Shown one piece after another: positions 1-13,860 of a stretch of 64,000 bases of DNA (within the stretch, counting starts at the first letter, position 1; each line of letters starts with the position of its first letter). The notes under the pieces were generated by a model. That model made no database searches and was not told the DNA's origin. It saw only the letters and a program-made list of their open reading frames with translations. This DNA is from Phoronis australis (Eukaryota; Animalia; Phoronida): assembly GCA_002633005.1 (NCBI GenBank), contig NMRA01000272.1, positions 62,001 to 126,000 of the forward strand. Reading direction: 5' to 3'. Both the position numbers and the translations under genes were made by a program.

Positions 1-421
1 AAATTAGTTCACTTTGAAGGGCAAAGTTTTGGGTAATCCGGAACTGGGTACATTTTAAAATTAAAGTTGTAAGGAAGTCTGAAATATTTAAACTGTTTCA
101 TGAAAGTCAAAGAACGAGAACATGTGACATTGTGTTACATTTAAGACCGCGATAGTTATACATACATGTAGTTCTCATGAGGTACAATTGGATAATTTAA
201 CCTTGCTTCCGTAAGACAGCTCTTTGTTGATTGGACCCTTTCGCAAATTCCCTGAAGAAAAGGTCCCCGGAAGCGAGATAGATATGTGTCAAGTGCGGTA
301 TATGTTGTAAAGCTGTGGCACATACGTTCCACTAACAGGGTTAGAATGTGTTCCAATTTAGTACCGTGTTTTGTCTTCCTATGCATTGGTCGTGTCTGAT
401 TAATTCTCCTGGTGTATTTAG

Positions 422-772
422 CTGGTCCCCCTCTTGGCCCCCATAGCGTCAAAGTTCATTTGATTGGGCAGTACACACTGGAGACGGGGGAAAGTACGGT
501 GATTGTCACAAATGGCACGGCACTGGACGTCGTCTGCACATCCGGAATTGCCTACGTGGGATCCAACATCAACATAAGGATTATCACGAGACATGGAGTC
601 GCCACTGATCTGAAAACGCGCAATATACGCGCGTTCAAGAACTCATCCACCCAAGCCACTGCATCTTCAATTATCACTTATCGTCATCACGGAGGTACAT
701 TAGAATGCACTGCAACCAACACGCGAGCCAAACGACTACGAGCACTTAAACAGTTTCTCATTGATGTGACAG
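422..772 (+). CDS. Internal coding exon, Ig-like domain, of a predicted Ig/TSP1 single-pass membrane protein
   Basis: Acceptor tgtatttag|CT and donor ACAG|gtagg; 351 nt, open, phase 1-1; ...NGTALDVVC...GGTLECTATN...FLIDVT shows the Ig B- and F-strand cysteine pattern. Confidence 0.8.
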
Positions 773-1394
773 GTAGGTCTACAGAAATTAAAAAATGTCC
801 AGTTTTGTTCGCTATCTTGCATAATTAAGCAAATAGTGCCACCAAGCCGAAGTAGGACTTGTGCTCATTAGATGTGTTTCAAGAAGCTTAACGTTCAGCT
901 TACGTGCAGGGTTTTTGAACCGCAACTAGCCCCATATTGATATGATTATTTCTGAAATGCTACAACCGTCAGCTTTACTGCTATACACCTTATTCACGCA
1001 GTCGCCATTATAAAAATGAGCCTATTTGTAAGGTTTAGAAATCACACATTCCGCGGTTAATCACTGTGCGGAGCGGGATTTTTTAGCATGCCTCGTTAAT
1101 ATCTATGTCTCAAATGGATTGTTTTTTAAATTTAAAAAGAGGCTTGCTTTTAAAATGGCGACTGCCTGTAATTTTACAGCAAAAATGATGGTGGACAATT
1201 CCCATTGTGATAATTAATACAGGGCAACAAATTAACCTCACTTTTCAGATCTGGCTCTTTTGAGCTTCCGTTGTTACGCTAGTGTCCGTTTCATGTAACT
1301 TATCCCAAAATCCATGACTGGCACTCAGTACAACAAAGTTTAAATGAGTAAATTTTTGCAATAGTGCAAATAATATTAATATGAATTTTCTCAG

Positions 1395-1718
1395 TTGGAC
1401 CATACAACACGGCTATTGAAAGTGCAGACGCCACAACAAAAGTTGTTAATGGTGAGGTAATCGTTGGAAACGGGACACTGGCACAAATTCGTTGCGTTGC
1501 GACGGTTAATCCACTAGCTCTGATGAACTTTTCTTCAAACCTCATCAGCTCCGCATTGCCCATTAAATCCAAAACCCGTGACATATTTACTCGGATTGCG
1601 AAGCAACTATCTTTCACCAGATTCATGGATCATGAAAAGGAGACGTTCGTTTGTTCTGCAACCAATACACGCAATCCATCGCTGGTACAATCCGTCTCTG
1701 CCAACTTGAGAACTGTAG
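1395..1718 (+). CDS. Internal coding exon, Ig-like (C2/CD80-like) domain
   Basis: Acceptor ttttctcag|TT and donor GTAG|gtaag; 324 nt, phase 1-1; GPYNTAI...NGTLAQIRCVATVNP...LSFTRFMDHEKETFVCSATN. Confidence 0.85.
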
Positions 1719-3313
1719 GTAAGAAATCAGCGTTTAACTTAGATAGAAAGGAAGAACAGGGGCCACCTCTGCAGACGCGACCAAATTCAACAAAACAGCA
1801 TCGTCAGAGTTTGGTCATCTTTTATTTAAATCTGTGTTTGTCCTCCCTTACGACCTTCTAGATCCGTCAGTGCACTCATCATGCAAAGGGTAGCAAAGAC
1901 CACTGATTTCCGAAAAAATACAACACAAAGAGCATGGCTTCATATGTTGAGTAGTTGCTGAGAAGTACATCATGCCAATAACAGGAGCAATAAATTTAGA
2001 TTAACGTATTTAATAGTCTTTCACATTTCAATCCAAAGATGGGATCATTTCCATTGTCTTACTTTAGTCTTTCATCGGGGAAATGGTTTTAGCAAGGGGA
2101 ACTCTGTTGTTGGGGAGGCTTGTAGCAATTGCACCTTTGCACCATATGCGTATGTTTGGTGATGGCGTCTCTGCTATTATTGTCATGCAATTTGTATCCT
2201 GAAATAAGAATATTAATGCACAATCATAACACATTGTGAAAAAAATCCAGATCTTGATATTTTCCCCATTCAAGTAACCTCGGCGACGTTCAGCACTTGA
2301 AACGGTGCACAGGCTGTAGAATAGAAATCACAAAGATAACACACTACACATTAACGCATATTCTCCAAGATGGCTGAACTTTCATACTAGCGACAACTTG
2401 CTTAAACACTGCTTCTCTTCCTCGCTTTCCAAAAATGCCCTTAAGGTGGAATAGTAAGAATGTTGCTCGTGAAAGTAACGAGTAAACACGAACACAAAGA
2501 GCCTCAAAAACCTCGAGTACCCCTGTTTCAACAAGAGATTTTGAAACAGTCCCTTAGACCGTGTGCCACAGAAGTCGGAATATGCACCAAATTTTAAGTG
2601 CGCCCTTACATTGCACGAACCCATAAAGTGAACGTTTCCATAGTGGCCTTAGGCCTCTTTTCACTCTCGGAATTAACAATGTTGTTACTCCTAGCATTCT
2701 TCCAGACTTTGGATCCCGCAGTAGATGTTTCTTATCTAATTTTTGTATCCAATAAAGAATGACTTAGACTAGGGATCTTTTGGGACCCTAATAAAGTGAA
2801 CGTCTTTAACGATTACCCAAAGAAGGGGTGGGTAGAGGTAAGACTGTTGTCAGGCCCTACCTAACGCTGAAAACATCCCGATTTTCCTCCTCGTGGCATG
2901 TTATTTCCACTGTTTGCTTGAAATTCTTAATGTAGAAAAAATCACTTAAGACACGGGAGACATCTGCGTCAATTCACATCAAAACAATGGCAAAGCACGA
3001 TAGCAAAAGTAGCAAGACAAATATGGGCAGCCAAATTTCCCAAAAACTTTGTTTTAGAAAACCGGCAGCTCCAGAGCACTGCGAGGTAATCGTTTGGATA
3101 ATCAGAGTGGCTAAAATGGTATACGTAACGATATCTGCCAAAACAGACTTGCCTAGACGGACTTGATTGCACAAAGCTACATTATAAGGTGATTTATACA
3201 TGTTTTTATTATCAGCATTATTAATATTATTATTTCTTTACTCTTAGTAGTATAATTATTATTATTGTTACTATTATTGTATACTGAATACATGCACTCC
3301 CCGTATTTTGAAG

Positions 3314-3502
3314 TTCATGGAAAGTGGGCAGCATGGTTGGGCTGGGGAGAGTGCAGTAAAACTTGCGGCGTTGGAATTCGCATACAATTACGTACGTGCA
3401 CAAACCCTCCACCCTCACCACAAGGAGGCATGTTTTGCATTGGATCCAATCAGATGTTTCACACGTGTGCGAGTGAACGACGATGCGACTATTATTACAA
3501 AA
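3314..3502 (+). CDS. Internal coding exon, thrombospondin type-1 (TSP1) repeat
   Basis: Acceptor ttttgaag|TT and donor AAAA|gtaag; 189 nt, phase 1-1; VHGKWAAWLGWGECSKTCGVGIRIQLRTCTNPPP...C has the WxxWxxW, CSxTCG and RxC TSP1 signature. Confidence 0.9.
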
Positions 3503-4429
3503 GTAAGGTTTTTGAATTTCTCTTTGGAACGTAGGTAACAATATCTTGAGTTGTAAAAGTAGATGTAGGTAACGCTGGTGAATGTTAGACAAATGGTAAG
3601 ATCTTATTTGAAAGAAGTAACAGCCGCGTCAATTAGCAATTTTGCGACTTAATCCTACTGCGAGTTATGCATCACGGGGACGTCCCCGTAGATCATTTGC
3701 CGATCTTTTAACAGCCCACGATTTTTCATGTATCTTAAAAACTGACAAAAACATAACAGCAGGCGGCGGGCCGTAACTCCAGCTTTTTCACCCTGTGACC
3801 ATGTCAGACTGGAAACTTATGTCTCCCTAGATATATCTTCAAGTATTTGTTATTCCAAAAGTACAATCTAAAGTTCTCATTTCGGTAAATATACGTGTAG
3901 CTTTGTACTTTCCTAATAAAGTAATGTTTAATAAGAGGTGGCGCTATATGTCTCTTCCTTAACCAATCACCAGCTCAGAAACTGATCAAGTGCACAAGGT
4001 TATAAGGGGGGCTCAGAACATTTGTCACAGGGGTTTGCCTATCAGAACAAACCTCAATACACTCGTCACACTTTCTTCACTCTGTCAAAAACTGCATGCA
4101 AAGAAAGAAAAGTTTTGAGTTATTTCACATCGCAGGCCCTACAGATGAGCACAGAAACTTTAGTCATTCTTGTATTTTGGCCTTTTCATTCGTACTGAAA
4201 CCAAGCTAGACAAAGAAACCCGACAAAAAACACAAAATTGGCACTTTTCACGACAAAACGACCACTTCCCTGCCGATGCTCGACTAAAGCCAGTATCATT
4301 TTTTAAAACAAAGTTCCTACCGATTACAAAAATGTGGCCCGAAAGTACTGTCAACCAACTGTTTTTTTGGTCTAAGCGTCTCATAGTTTCATGCTGGGCA
4401 GTCTAACTGGGGGGGGGCTTTGTATTAGA

Positions 4430-6665
4430 GGGTTCTGCAGTGCGTGTAGTCATGGAGTGCAGGCAGCCTTAATATTTATGTATGTGATCTGTTTACTCAG
4501 TGCGGGTCTCTCGACAAGTCCCAGACGCATACTATAGAGTCAAGTCACTTTATTGAAATGTACTCATCCTTAATTTTCGTTCTACTTGTTTTTATATGAG
4601 AACCGTATGGGCAATGTTTCTAAAAGTTTTATTATAGTCTCATTATCAAAAATACCATGAGGATCAGTTTTCATTCGTTTTCTATCCTGCGTTCCATCAT
4701 ATTTCACTTTGATGTTGTACTCTGTGAAATCTATGATGTGCTTGTGGATGTGTTTGTATTGGTTTTGTGTTGTTTTGTAAGTGTGTGTGTGGTGTGAATG
4801 GGTCAGGATTGTACCACTATTATTTGACTGTAATTTGCATAACCATTATAATGGCAGGTGAACTTAAAGTAACCTCACTGCATTGCAGAGGGCTGAGTCT
4901 TCGTGAAAGACGAAAAGATGTTCTCAGTTATTTAGGAGAAAAACAGTATTCGATTTATTGCTTACAGAACACACACTTTACTAAGAGAGAAGAAAATATT
5001 AGATCATTGTGGGGATATGAATGTATTTTCAATTCAAATATCTCAAACTACCATGGAGTGGCGATCCTTTTTAAGAACACTTTTGAGTACAAATTACACA
5101 ACATTATTCATGACTACAATGGTAATAAACTAATTTTGGATATTACTATTAATGAGACAAGAATAACGTTAATTAATACGCATTGTCCAAATAGGGACTC
5201 GCCGTCTTTTTTGAAAGAATAAAACAAGATATTCAAGATATAAGAAATCACTCTGTTATTTGGGCAAGCGATTTTAATCTAATTTGCTCTCGATCAGTCT
5301 AAGGACACTCTTAATTATCGGCAGATTAATAACCCGAAGTCACGGATTAAGTTGATGGAGATTTGTACAGAATTGTCTATTGATGTGTGGAGGGAACTAA
5401 ATCCCAATAGTAAAGAATACATTTGGGGGGCTGGAAGTAAACAATCCAGACTAGATATTCTTCTAATTTCTGAAAATCTTTTAGCCGATATTGAAGACTC
5501 CATAATTGAATTCGGGTTACCGGTCCGACCATTCAGTTGTAACGGTATGGGTCCAGAAGGAGGAAATCATTTTGGAAGTTTAGTGCTGCAGTAAAGGATA
5601 CTATTAAAATCGTTAAACAACAGTATATGACGGACTATATTCAGACAATTGATAGTACTAGTAATTCAGATTTACAATTATCTATAAATGATCAACATTT
5701 TCTTGAAACGTTGTTGATAGAGAGTCGCGGCAAAACAATTTCCTTTGCTACTTACTTAAAAAAAATTGATAGAACTGGACAGCAACTTATCGAAGAAATA
5801 GATTTGTTGGAAAAAAGTCTAAGCCTTGACAGGGAACTACTAGAACAAAACAAATAATCGACTTGCCGAGCTAAGGCAAAATCAGTTAAGAGGTCTTATG
5901 ATTAGGTTGAGAGCAAGATGGATTGGAGAGGATGAAAAACCTTCCAAATATTTTCTTTCCTTGGAAAATAGGCATTACAAAAGTAAGTGCATTCCTTTTT
6001 GTGGAAATCTGACAACACTAAAACCAATAGTGAAGAAGAGGTTATTCAGGAAACCAAAACTTTTTATGAAAATTAATACAAATATAGACATTCCAGCAAT
6101 ACTGCTTTAGAGACTTTTCTTGATAAGGTTTGTGCCTCCAAACTGAATGACACAGAAAAATTAGAAGGTCTTCTTACATATGAAGAAGTCACACAATGCT
6201 TGAAAAAATGAAAAACAACAAGAGCCCAGGCTCTGATGGTTTTTCAGTGGAATTTTTAAAATTTTGTGGGCTGACATTGTTCGCTCACTTAATACTCGTT
6301 TTACAGTTGGCCAGTTATCATCAACACAAAAAGAGGGAGTGATTACCTGCATCCCTAAGGGAGCAAATAAAAGTAAACATTAAAACTGGAGACCCATATC
6401 CTTACTCAATGTGACATATAAATTGACTTCTTTGGCTGTGGCTGAACGGCTAAAATCCGTTTAGGGAAAACTAATCCGTAAGGACAACACAGGTTTCGTT
6501 TCTGGAAGAAGTATGAACGAAAATATCCGCGTGCTATATGCTTTTTAAAATGTTTTATGCCCAGGCAGCTAACAAACATGGATTGCTTTTACTGATTGAT
6601 TTTGATAAGGCATTTGATTCATTGGCGTGGAATTTTATTTAAAAAGTTTATCTTTCCTTAATTTT
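4430..6665 (+). mobile_element. Tx1/L1-clade non-LTR retrotransposon A, 5' part (APE endonuclease, linker, start of RT), decayed
   Basis: ORF2 start MAGELKVTSLHCRGL at 4851; YCLQNTH, GVAILF, SRLDILLIS, RARWIGEDEKPSKYFLSLE, WRPISLLN, DFDKAFDS motifs broken by stops and frameshifts; left boundary approximate. Confidence 0.85.
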
Positions 6666-9600
6666 TTTTTAGTAGAGACATTCATTAACTCAACCAACCA
6701 GTAAATAATAACTTTTGAATGTGAAGTTGGTAAAATCCATCTTGATGATAAAGGAAACCTTATTGTCATCGAATTACTTATTGAAAATCGAGTCTCAATT
6801 ACGTTAGCTAATATTTATGGTCCCAACAAGGATGACCCTGAATTTTTTAGAACCCTGCTTCAAGTAGTCTCTGACTACAATTCAGAGTTCATAATCATTT
6901 GCGGCGACTGGAATTTGGTTCAGGATTTCAATCTTGACTGTTTAGGATACAAACTCCAAAACAATCCGGCTGCAAGAAAACAAGTTATCAGTCTGATGTC
7001 GCAGTTAAATTTGGTCGACCCGTGGCGGTTACGTAACCCAAATACAACAAGCTATACTTGGTTCAGAATTAACCCTTGTAAGCAAGCCCGTCTGGACTAA
7101 TTTTCTAGTGTCCGACGAGTTTTCCTCTTGGATAGAAAATATTGAAACGTCCCCAGGTCATAGAACCGACCACCATTGTGTCGTGACTACTATTCAGGAC
7201 TCTAAATTTGTTAGAGGTAAAGGTCTATGGCGACTTAACAAATCCTTATTACGTGATGTAGAATATATCAGTAATGTGAAAGACATCATAGTTAAAACCG
7301 AGAAGGAATATTTATCTCCTAATAATGTCTCCAATTTTTCAGACGGTCAGTCCACTACAGACGACTCTCTTCTTCTTGAGATGATTCTACTGAATAATAG
7401 AAATTAAACTTTGTCTTATTCAGCTTTCAATAAAAAAGAAAAGCATCGACATCAAAAGAATTTAGAGGAGCAATTAAGTCTTTTTAGAGAAATGATGTGC
7501 AGCAGTAATTCTTCTCTGGTCCTTGAAATTTATTCAGATTTGCAGAAAGATTACGAATATATTAGAAAGGACAAAGTGAAAGGCGTGATGCTGAGATCTC
7601 GGGCAAAATGGATCGAGGATGGTGAAAAACCGCCCAAATATTTTAGTAACTTAGAAAAACGCAATTACTTGAACAAGAATGCCCACAAACTTATAGACGA
7701 GACTAGACAAAGCTTGATGAACCAAAAAGCTATACTGTGTGCAATCAAAAAATTCTATGCAACTTTACATGCACCCAAAGAAAATGACTCTCTCAAATAT
7801 GAGTTGGAGAACTTGGTGACCCCTGGAAATATGTCGAAACTGGACGCCGACCTGAAAGAAAAACTAGAAGGACCAATAACATATACTGAAGCTGCGACTG
7901 TCCTTAAATGTATGAAAAATGACAAAACTCCGGGGACTGATGGTTTTCCTGTAGAGTTTTACAAATTTTTTTGGAAAGAATTGTCGCCATTTTTGATTAA
8001 ATCTTTTAATTACACTTTTCGAAGCGGCCGTCTCCCTACCACTATGCGTCAAGGTGTCATTACTTTGATTCCTAAGGGCAAGAAGCCACGTGAATGCATT
8101 AAAAAATGGAGACCAATGTCCTTACTAAATTCAAGTTATAAACTATTATCAGCATGTATTGCACAAAGGATAAAATCTCTTTTAAATAAGTTAATTCATC
8201 CTAATCAAACTGGGTTTCTCCCACGTCGCTTTATGGGGGAGAACACCAGACTGATTTATGACATCTTACAATATACTCAAGTTAAGGATATTCCCGGACT
8301 TCTGGTATTAACTGATTTTGAAAAAGCCTTTGATTCTGTGTCCTGGAGATTTCTTAAGAAAGTTCTACACTATTTCAATAATGGTGACGATATTATTCGT
8401 TGGTTCGCAATACTCAATGAAAGTATCCAACTTTCGGTCATTCAGTATGACTTTACGTCCAACTACTTTAACATTTGCCGAGGTTGCAGACAAGGTGATC
8501 CCCTTTCACCTGATCTTTTTTGCTGTGTGCCGAAATTATGGCATCTATGTTGAGGCAATGCGAGAATGTTAAAGGCATAAAAATTGGCCTCCTTAGAGTA
8601 TAAATTAATGCAATATGCAGACGACACGGTCCTCTTTCTAGATGGTTCAGAGACCTCTTTAAAATCTTCACTTAATCTTCTTGATCAGTTTGCTAAGTAA
8701 TCTGGATTGACACCCAATATCGATAAAACTTTTTGTATATGGATTGTTTCTAAGATATGTTGTGGTGATAGGCTTTGCTGTGAAAAAGATTTAAAATGGG
8801 AAAGTTCCCAGTTCACATCTCTTGGAATTACTTTCTCTGTCGACTTACAGGACAAGATTCACTTAAACTACAATGTAAAATCAAATGAGGTTAGAAAAGG
8901 CATTGGAAATTGGTCTAAAAGAAATTTGTCTACCTTTGGTAAGATAACGGTTGTCAAATCTTTCTTTTTACCAAAACTGATTCACCTCTTTTACACACTT
9001 CCTCTTGCAAGTGCTACTTTTTAAGGACATTGAAAAAATATACTTTAATTTTATATGGGGTACCTCTTCTGATAGAATATCTAGAAAAACCATGGTGCAG
9101 AAATCTGAAGTTGGAGGTGGGAATATGGTTCATATTGCGTCATTTGTCAAAGCTATTAAACTGACTTGGATTCGAAGATTCTTCAAAAATTATTATAACA
9201 ATGCTTCTCTTTGGCTAAATATTTCATGTGAAATTATTCCTAATATAAAAAATGACTCTTTTCAGTTAGGTTCTTGTTTTTTCCTTGCAGTATCTAACCG
9301 TACTTAGAATATTTTTGGAAGGATATTTTTTATATCTTATACGAATTTATCAATCTTTGTGAGAAAGATGATCCTTTGTACCAACCTTTGTGGTATAACC
9401 CCAAAATTTGTATAGACAGTAATCCAATTTTTGGAACGAGTGGTTTAAAAAGGGTATACGGTAGGTATACGATTTAATTGACCCTGATAAGGGATATATT
9501 TATGATTATCATACCTTTTGTACACGTTTTCAATTTTGTTCTTGTATTACACATTTTCATGGAATTCTAAGTTCAATACTTCGTTCTTGGAATCATCTAA

Positions 9601-10319
9601 GAGATAAGAATTCTATAGTCACTCCACTTTTTCAAGAACATATTTTTCGAATCTCCTCGGAAAATAAAGGAACTGGGAAATTATTCATTTCTAAATTATA
9701 TGTAAAACCTGTCGCAGAATTGAAGTGGGAGAGAGAAATTAACTTATGCGATGATACTCAATCTTGGAAAAAATTCATTCTGTAATTTATCATTGTACTT
9801 CTGATGTCAGACTCGGTTGGTTTCAATTCCGCATCAACCACAGACTTATTGGTACAAACTCTTAGTTAAAGAAAATAGGTGTTAGTGAATCGTCTTTATG
9901 CTCTTTCTGTGAGCAACATGAAGAAACAATTCTACATTTGTATTGGGAATGTTCACTTGTTCAGAAGTTTTTGGGATGTTTAAGAACATGGATGATAAAT
10001 CAGTGCAATTTCCCTCTGCAGTTAAATATGTCTTCCGCCTTGTTTGGAGACCCAGCCTGTAGGTCAGAAGTTGTAGATTTAATTCTTTGCTTAGCGAAAT
10101 TTCATTTATATAGACAAAGACTACAAAAGACTAAGCCCAATTTTCAGTCATCTTTACGTGAGGTATGTGATTACTACAACCTGGAAAAAAATATTTACAA
10201 TGATAAATTGGATCTTGAGAGATTCCAGGCAAGGTGGTCTTTTTTTGCCTAACTAGCTTTTATAGGGTCCGATAATGTTCGTACTTCGTTTGATGTACAC
10301 TAAACTAGATGTCATATTG
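6666..10319 (+). mobile_element. Tx1/L1-clade non-LTR retrotransposon B, 5'-truncated, nested inside element A
   Basis: NIYGPN, GDWN, ARLD, KTPGTDG, WRPMSLLN, DFEKAFDSV, RGCRQGDPLSP, QYADDT and CSFC...HLYWEC zinc knuckle; flanked by direct repeat ttccttaatttt (6654-6665 and 10320-10331). Confidence 0.9.
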
Positions 10320-12310
10320 TTCCTTAATTTTGGTTGGTCTATCAGAAGGCGGGTGAAAGTCTTTTACAGTAATATTAAGTCATGTGTTGTCGTAAATGAT
10401 CACCCATCTTGCTGGTTCAATATTTTGCGTGACTGCAGACAAGGTGACCCTTTGTCTCCCTAAATTTTCATATTGTGCGCGGAGATTTTAACGTATTTAA
10501 TCAATAATAATAAAAATATTGCTGGAGTAGTTACAGGAAATAAGGACTATTCGATTTCACAATATGCGGATGGGTCGAATTTGTCATAGACTAGCACATT
10601 GACTGTACTACATTTGTTTGCTAGTGTCTTCGGTCTCCAAGTGAATGTGGATAAAACAAGAGCCATACGGTTTGGAAATGAAACTGACAGTGATGACGTG
10701 ATTCGTACAAACGAGTCTGTCTTGGACAAAAAATCTTTTAGATTTTTGGGGGTGGCTTTTGACACTCAATTGGATAGTATGACGCATAAGAACTTCACTC
10801 CAAGATTAAGTTTTTATTAAAAAGATAGAGTCGACGAAATTTAACGCCGTTTGGTATAGTAACTGTAATGGAAACATTAGCTGTTTCTAAACTTAATTTT
10901 TTGTTGTGCAAGTTTACCAAATCTACCAGTAAAAGTCTTGGATGAATTGAATACGACATTTTTTGGATTTGTATGGCAGGCTCGTAATGATAAAATTAAA
11001 CGAACAACGACCTGTTTAGAACTTGATCAAGGGGGACCTCAAAGGGTTAATATGCATACGTTCAGCAAAGCTTTGAAACTCACCATGGCCCGTAGATATC
11101 TTGAAAGCCCTGTGTCTAAAAGTGGTGAATTACTGTACTCAATCTATCTGTTCTTAAAGAATTGTTCTTCATTTGGAGATGACTTTATTAATTCGAATTT
11201 ATCTCTAATATGTAATTCCTACTTGCGCGAAGTATTTGGAAGTATGACATCTTTCTACAAGAAAATAATTTTTGCAAGTAAGGAGGACTTTTTGAATCAG
11301 CCTTTGTGGTTTAATAGTAACTTGGCGATCGGAAAAACAATTAGTGTTTTTATAAGCCTTGGTTTATAAAAGGCTTAAGATTTATTAGAGATATGTATAC
11401 CTCTGATGATGATTTAGTTAGTTTGAACCATAAGAAAAATATGTTCGATGTAAAAACCAACTTCGTATAATATAATGGTGTTGTTTCCGTTCAAAGAAGA
11501 TTTCAAAAAAGTCTATTTCAAAGTAAATTTAAAAGTGTTAATGTCTACGCTCCTTGCATACCTTTAGCAATCACTCACTTACGGGAAGATTTGAAAGGTT
11601 GTAGACATATTTGTTCAGTCTTTAATGACGTTAAGAAACCTTTCAAGTCAGAGTGTAAATGGGAAATAGAGTTAGGAGATAGTTTAGATTGGAAGAAAAT
11701 ATATGCATTGCCTTATGAAATTGTAAAGGATCCCAACATTAGATGGTTCCAATACTACACTGGATTGCAACAAATACCTTTTTTGTCAAAATCCGTGTTC
11801 GGGACTCTAATTCATGTTCCTTTTGTAATAAAGCTCCAGATACTCTGTCATACCTTTTTTGGGAATGTCGCATTGTACAAGACTTCTGGAAGGAATTCGG
11901 ACAGTTAATGCAAAAGTGTCGCTTTCAGCTTCCCAACGGTCTCTCTTACGATCGAGTTATTCTTGGACTATACGAGACGCAAGATTTTCTTTTCAAAATT
12001 TGGTTCTAATAGCCAAATAGTACATTTACGAGGAGAGATGTCAGAAAAATAAACATAATTTCCACAGGCTTATCACGTATACTTATGAGTACTCTAATGC
12101 TGAAAAATTAATTGCATACAAAAACTTTGTACTTCTCTGCGAATTGGGAAAATTTCGTTGTTCACGTTAAGTACACGTAGAAGTTATTTGCTTGAAACGA
12201 GATACGAGATTGGTCTTTCCTGAGGTGTGTATGCGTGAATGGATGGATGTACTTATTGGTTTGTTTGTTTTTGTAATGTTTTATAAATGATAATAAATTC
12301 TAAAAAATAG
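10320..12310 (+). mobile_element. Tx1/L1-clade element A, 3' part (RT, zinc knuckle, 3' UTR), decayed
   Basis: RT resumes where A was interrupted: FLNFGWSIRR...CRQGDPLSP, QYADG, FRFLGV, CSFCNKAPDTLSYLFWEC; ends in AATAAA and an A-rich tail near 12292-12310. Confidence 0.85.
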
Positions 12311-13120
12311 TTGTTAATAAATTACGAGCTTTTCCAGAAAATCCCAGTGCAAAAACCCGCCGAGTGACGCGTCGCTGCCTCGAGATCGCCGATAGGTTAA
12401 TTAGAATTCATGAGAAAAAATATAGTTTCGACTCAGCTGATTACACGAAGTCCTCCTTAAGTTTTCAAAATAGCGTCCCTAACATTTTTAAGTTCCCGTG
12501 GAGTCGGGATTTACTCCATATTAAATCCAAAATCTGCGCTAGATCGTACATGTACTCTGCAACTCGAGAAAATTTTCTGGAGGAACACACATGTTGTTGT
12601 CACGTGATGTTTGTTTGAAGTTCGTCTACGTGTGTGAGTGAATGAGCTCGTGCGTGTCGTCAGAGTTCATTTGCCAGAGTGAACACGATGTAACGATCGG
12701 GAGATTCGGGGGTGTAAGGGTACGGAAGTTTTCACTATCACTGCGTCATTTTTGACTTTAAAAACACCAATTACGATTAATTTAACAATTCCTCATAAAA
12801 ATAACGCAAACGTTTTTACGGTATTAGTTACTTTCGGAAATAAGTGCCAGTATTTATTTCTTGCCAATGCTATGCTTCCCGTATCCTGAATAGATACGCG
12901 AACTTCTGCATTCATTTTGTTGCCACGTGAGAAATAGTAGCAATCGAAGTGGAGCACTGCATGGTCACTTGTCGCATGCGCACTACAGTCGGTTGTCAAT
13001 GGGCAAGAAAATAGTTCTCATTCAATTATTTAAAATGCGAAATAAGTAACCGTTTTTGGCCCTGTTACACAAAAAGTAACAGATCAAGTTTTAGGTGTCT
13101 TCAGAATAAAATTTTAACTC

Positions 13121-13255
13121 CATGTAGAAGTTGTTTACTTTATACGATATACGAGAATGGTCTCTCCTGAGGTGTGCATGCGTGAATGAATTGATGATTG
13201 TACTTGTTTGTTTGTTTTTGTACTGTTTTATAATTTATAATAAATACCTGAAAAT
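13121..13255 (+). repeat. Second copy of the Tx1 element A 3' UTR/tail
   Basis: gtagaagtt...atacgagaatggtctctcctgaggtgtgcatgcgtgaatg...ataataaat closely matches 12175-12305. Confidence 0.75.
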
Positions 13256-13789
13256 GTTTTTTGCAAACCTGGCTAGTCTAAGGTCTACCTGAAATCGCGG
13301 CCAATTTCTCAGTCGCTACCCAGCAATGCACAATTATTGCAACAGGAGCCACCATCTTGAAGAAGAGTGCAGCTACAACCGAGCGAGCGGTCTCTTTCAT
13401 TCTCAACATGCTTACAAATACAAACAAAAAACATTCACTTTGTCTATGTGTAATACCTAACTAAAAAAAACCCCAAGCCTGGCCTACACCTGGCTTTTAA
13501 TATGTTGGGAGTACAAATTGGCCGCGGCAGCAACCTATTTGTTCAGTGCCACCTAACCATTCACACAGCGATGGTATGAGAAGATGGGGGAAATCCTTAG
13601 CTTTTCAAATAGGTTGATTTCATTTACAAAAATTGCAAGCACCAGGGCATATTTTTAAAATTTTAACCTTAAATTATGCTACTTGCTCATGGTTTCAAAG
13701 TTATATCAGTGTTTTCACTTTCTTTTAATTGAAACTTTCTGCTGATAAATTAATAGACGTTATGAAACTGATTTGGCTTAATATTTAAT

Positions 13790-13860
13790 GATGTATGTGT
13801 GTGTTTGTGTGCGAGCGTGTATGTACGTGTGTGTGCGTGTGCTTGTGTGTGTGTGTGTGA
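13790..13860. repeat. Imperfect (GT)n microsatellite
   Basis: Direct reading: gtgtgtgtttgtgtgcgagcgtgt...gtgtgtgtga. Confidence 0.85.

Noticed and set aside
7411-8553. 380-aa ORF as a functional host gene or active RT
   Set aside because: It is a fragment of Tx1 element B; it frameshifts before YADD and the flanking ORF2 has stops.
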